The translations under genes and the position numbers were made by a program. A DNA stretch of 64,000 nt, from positions 176,654,107-176,718,106 of the forward strand of contig NC_085844.1 of the NCBI RefSeq assembly GCF_035594765.1, given 5' to 3'. Source of the stretch: Anolis carolinensis. Lineage: Eukaryota. Shown piece after piece: positions 62,580 through 64,000 of this stretch; position 1 is the stretch's first letter, and every line of letters begins with the position of its first letter. The notes beneath the pieces were generated by a model, which was given only the letters and a program-made list of their open reading frames with translations, did not search any database and had not been told where the DNA came from.

Positions 62580-64000
62580 ATGGCAGTGGGCTTTGATGCG
62601 ATGTTGGCTCGGATCAAGGATGTGTGTAAAAGAAATGGTTTACTTATTCTCTCGGTCCTATCCGTCATCATTGGATGCCTCCTCGGATTCTTCCTCAGGA
62701 CCAGGCGCCTCTCCCAACAGGTGAGTGACCCAAGTAGGTGTGGCGGTGATGGTAAGAAAAAGAGTGTTTCTTATATAACAAAATTGGAGACAAAAGGCAA
62801 CTTGTCAGCCTTTCAAGGGTACATTTGAAGATAAGATGGAATTTTTGTGAAGCACGCTACTTGTCCTTAAAGAATGGAACTTTTACTGAAGAGAAGAATG
62901 TTTCAATTAGCTACATAAAATACACAGTTCCAGGGATCTGAGATCTCATAAGAACTTGTTTTATAATTATACAGGTGAATAAATGTTAGGTGTGAATTGT
63001 TTTTAGATCTTTCAAAACTGATTTTGTTGTGAATTTTTGATACTTTACAGAAAGATGGATAATATTTGAGCAAATATTTTGTCGCCTTGCAGAATACAAA
63101 GAAGTAATTCACTCTGCCATTTATTCTGAAGTAGTTAAATTGTTTTAAATAAAAACTATTAAATATTTTAATTTACAACCAAAGCATAGCCCATAATATT
63201 ACATTTTAAAAAATTAATTGTTAGAAAAAATATGAATTCATTTGCATAATTAATTTCATTTCCCCTTTCATCCAGAGTAGACTGTATGAAAGAGAAATAG
63301 GTTTATTAATATTTTTGTGAAATAATGGGATCTAATCCCTTTTTAAAGCTTCAGGTATCTAGTTGTGAACTATTTTTTATTACTAAATGCCAAATTAATT
63401 TCATTCTAAATCCTGTGATATATGGGAAGCAACTATTAAACCCAACAAAATAAGGTATAATAAGTGTCTGTCAAAGCAGATGTTCTTTATGGCTCCTGGG
63501 TTCCTTTTTGGTTTGTTCAGCCCTTTGTTAATAGTGTAAATTTTTAATATAAATATCAACCTACAAGGGATTGACATATTGCTAAAGAAATGGACAGATG
63601 TCTCTCAGTTGACAGAGCCTTTAGCACCATTCCCTCCGTCTGCACTAACAGTCAAATGATTTCTTATATTGTAATGATCACATTAACATTCAATATTATC
63701 TGATAACTTTGAGTAATATTTTGAAGTAAATGCAATTAAGACTGGGATCATATCCAAAAGAACTGTTGTTGTTGTTGGTGGTGGTGGTGTTGAAGCATAA
63801 GAAAACCCTACTATTCTTACCCAAACCACAGTACTATTTCATATTTATTTCCCATCTCTCTAATTTTCTTCTGTCTGAGCATCCACTGAGATCAAATTAA
63901 ACAGACTGCAGCATTTTAACTGTGGTTTTTTTTAAAAGAAGAGTAATAAATGTTCAAGTAATTGATACATCTCTTCATTTCACAGGAAATTAGTTATTTC
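62580..64000 (+). CDS. SLC1A7: Excitatory amino acid transporter 5 (retinal glutamate transporter), 5' part; exons 62580-62720 and 63986->64000
   Basis: Translation MAVGFDAMLARIKDVCKRNGLLILSVLSVIIGCLLGFFLRTRRLSQQ|EISYF. Donor CAG|GTGAGT, acceptor TTTCACAG. Matches the EAAT5 N-terminus and the synteny with CPT2. Confidence 0.93.

Overview
Eukaryotic genomic DNA from a squamate reptile, most likely an Anolis-type lizard. The taxon call rests on Sauria SINEs, BovB/RTE, CR1 and Penelope retroelements, and SPIN/OC1-like hAT and pogo MITEs. The window holds the conserved vertebrate block LRP8(+) - MAGOH(+) - CZIB/C1orf123(+) - CPT2(-) - SLC1A7(+). I reconstructed the genes exon by exon from splice sites and translation: the last 10 coding exons of LRP8/ApoER2 plus a probable 5.4-kb 3'UTR, complete MAGOH (146 aa), complete CZIB (160 aa, one GC-AG intron), complete CPT2 (664 aa), and the first coding exon and start of exon 2 of SLC1A7/EAAT5. 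Most ORF-track entries are spurious intronic or repeat ORFs. The strongest non-obvious signals are: three Penelope-borne minimal hammerhead ribozyme motifs, one with an intact catalytic core; a three-level CR1>RTE>Penelope nest in CZIB intron 2; palindromic hAT MITEs carrying ZNF143/THAP11-like motifs beside all three housekeeping promoters; head-to-head poly(A) signal pairs between the convergent CZIB and CPT2; and a nuclear-receptor palindrome upstream of SLC1A7. No wholly new gene system is demonstrated. Repeat family names are from recognition, not from a database search.
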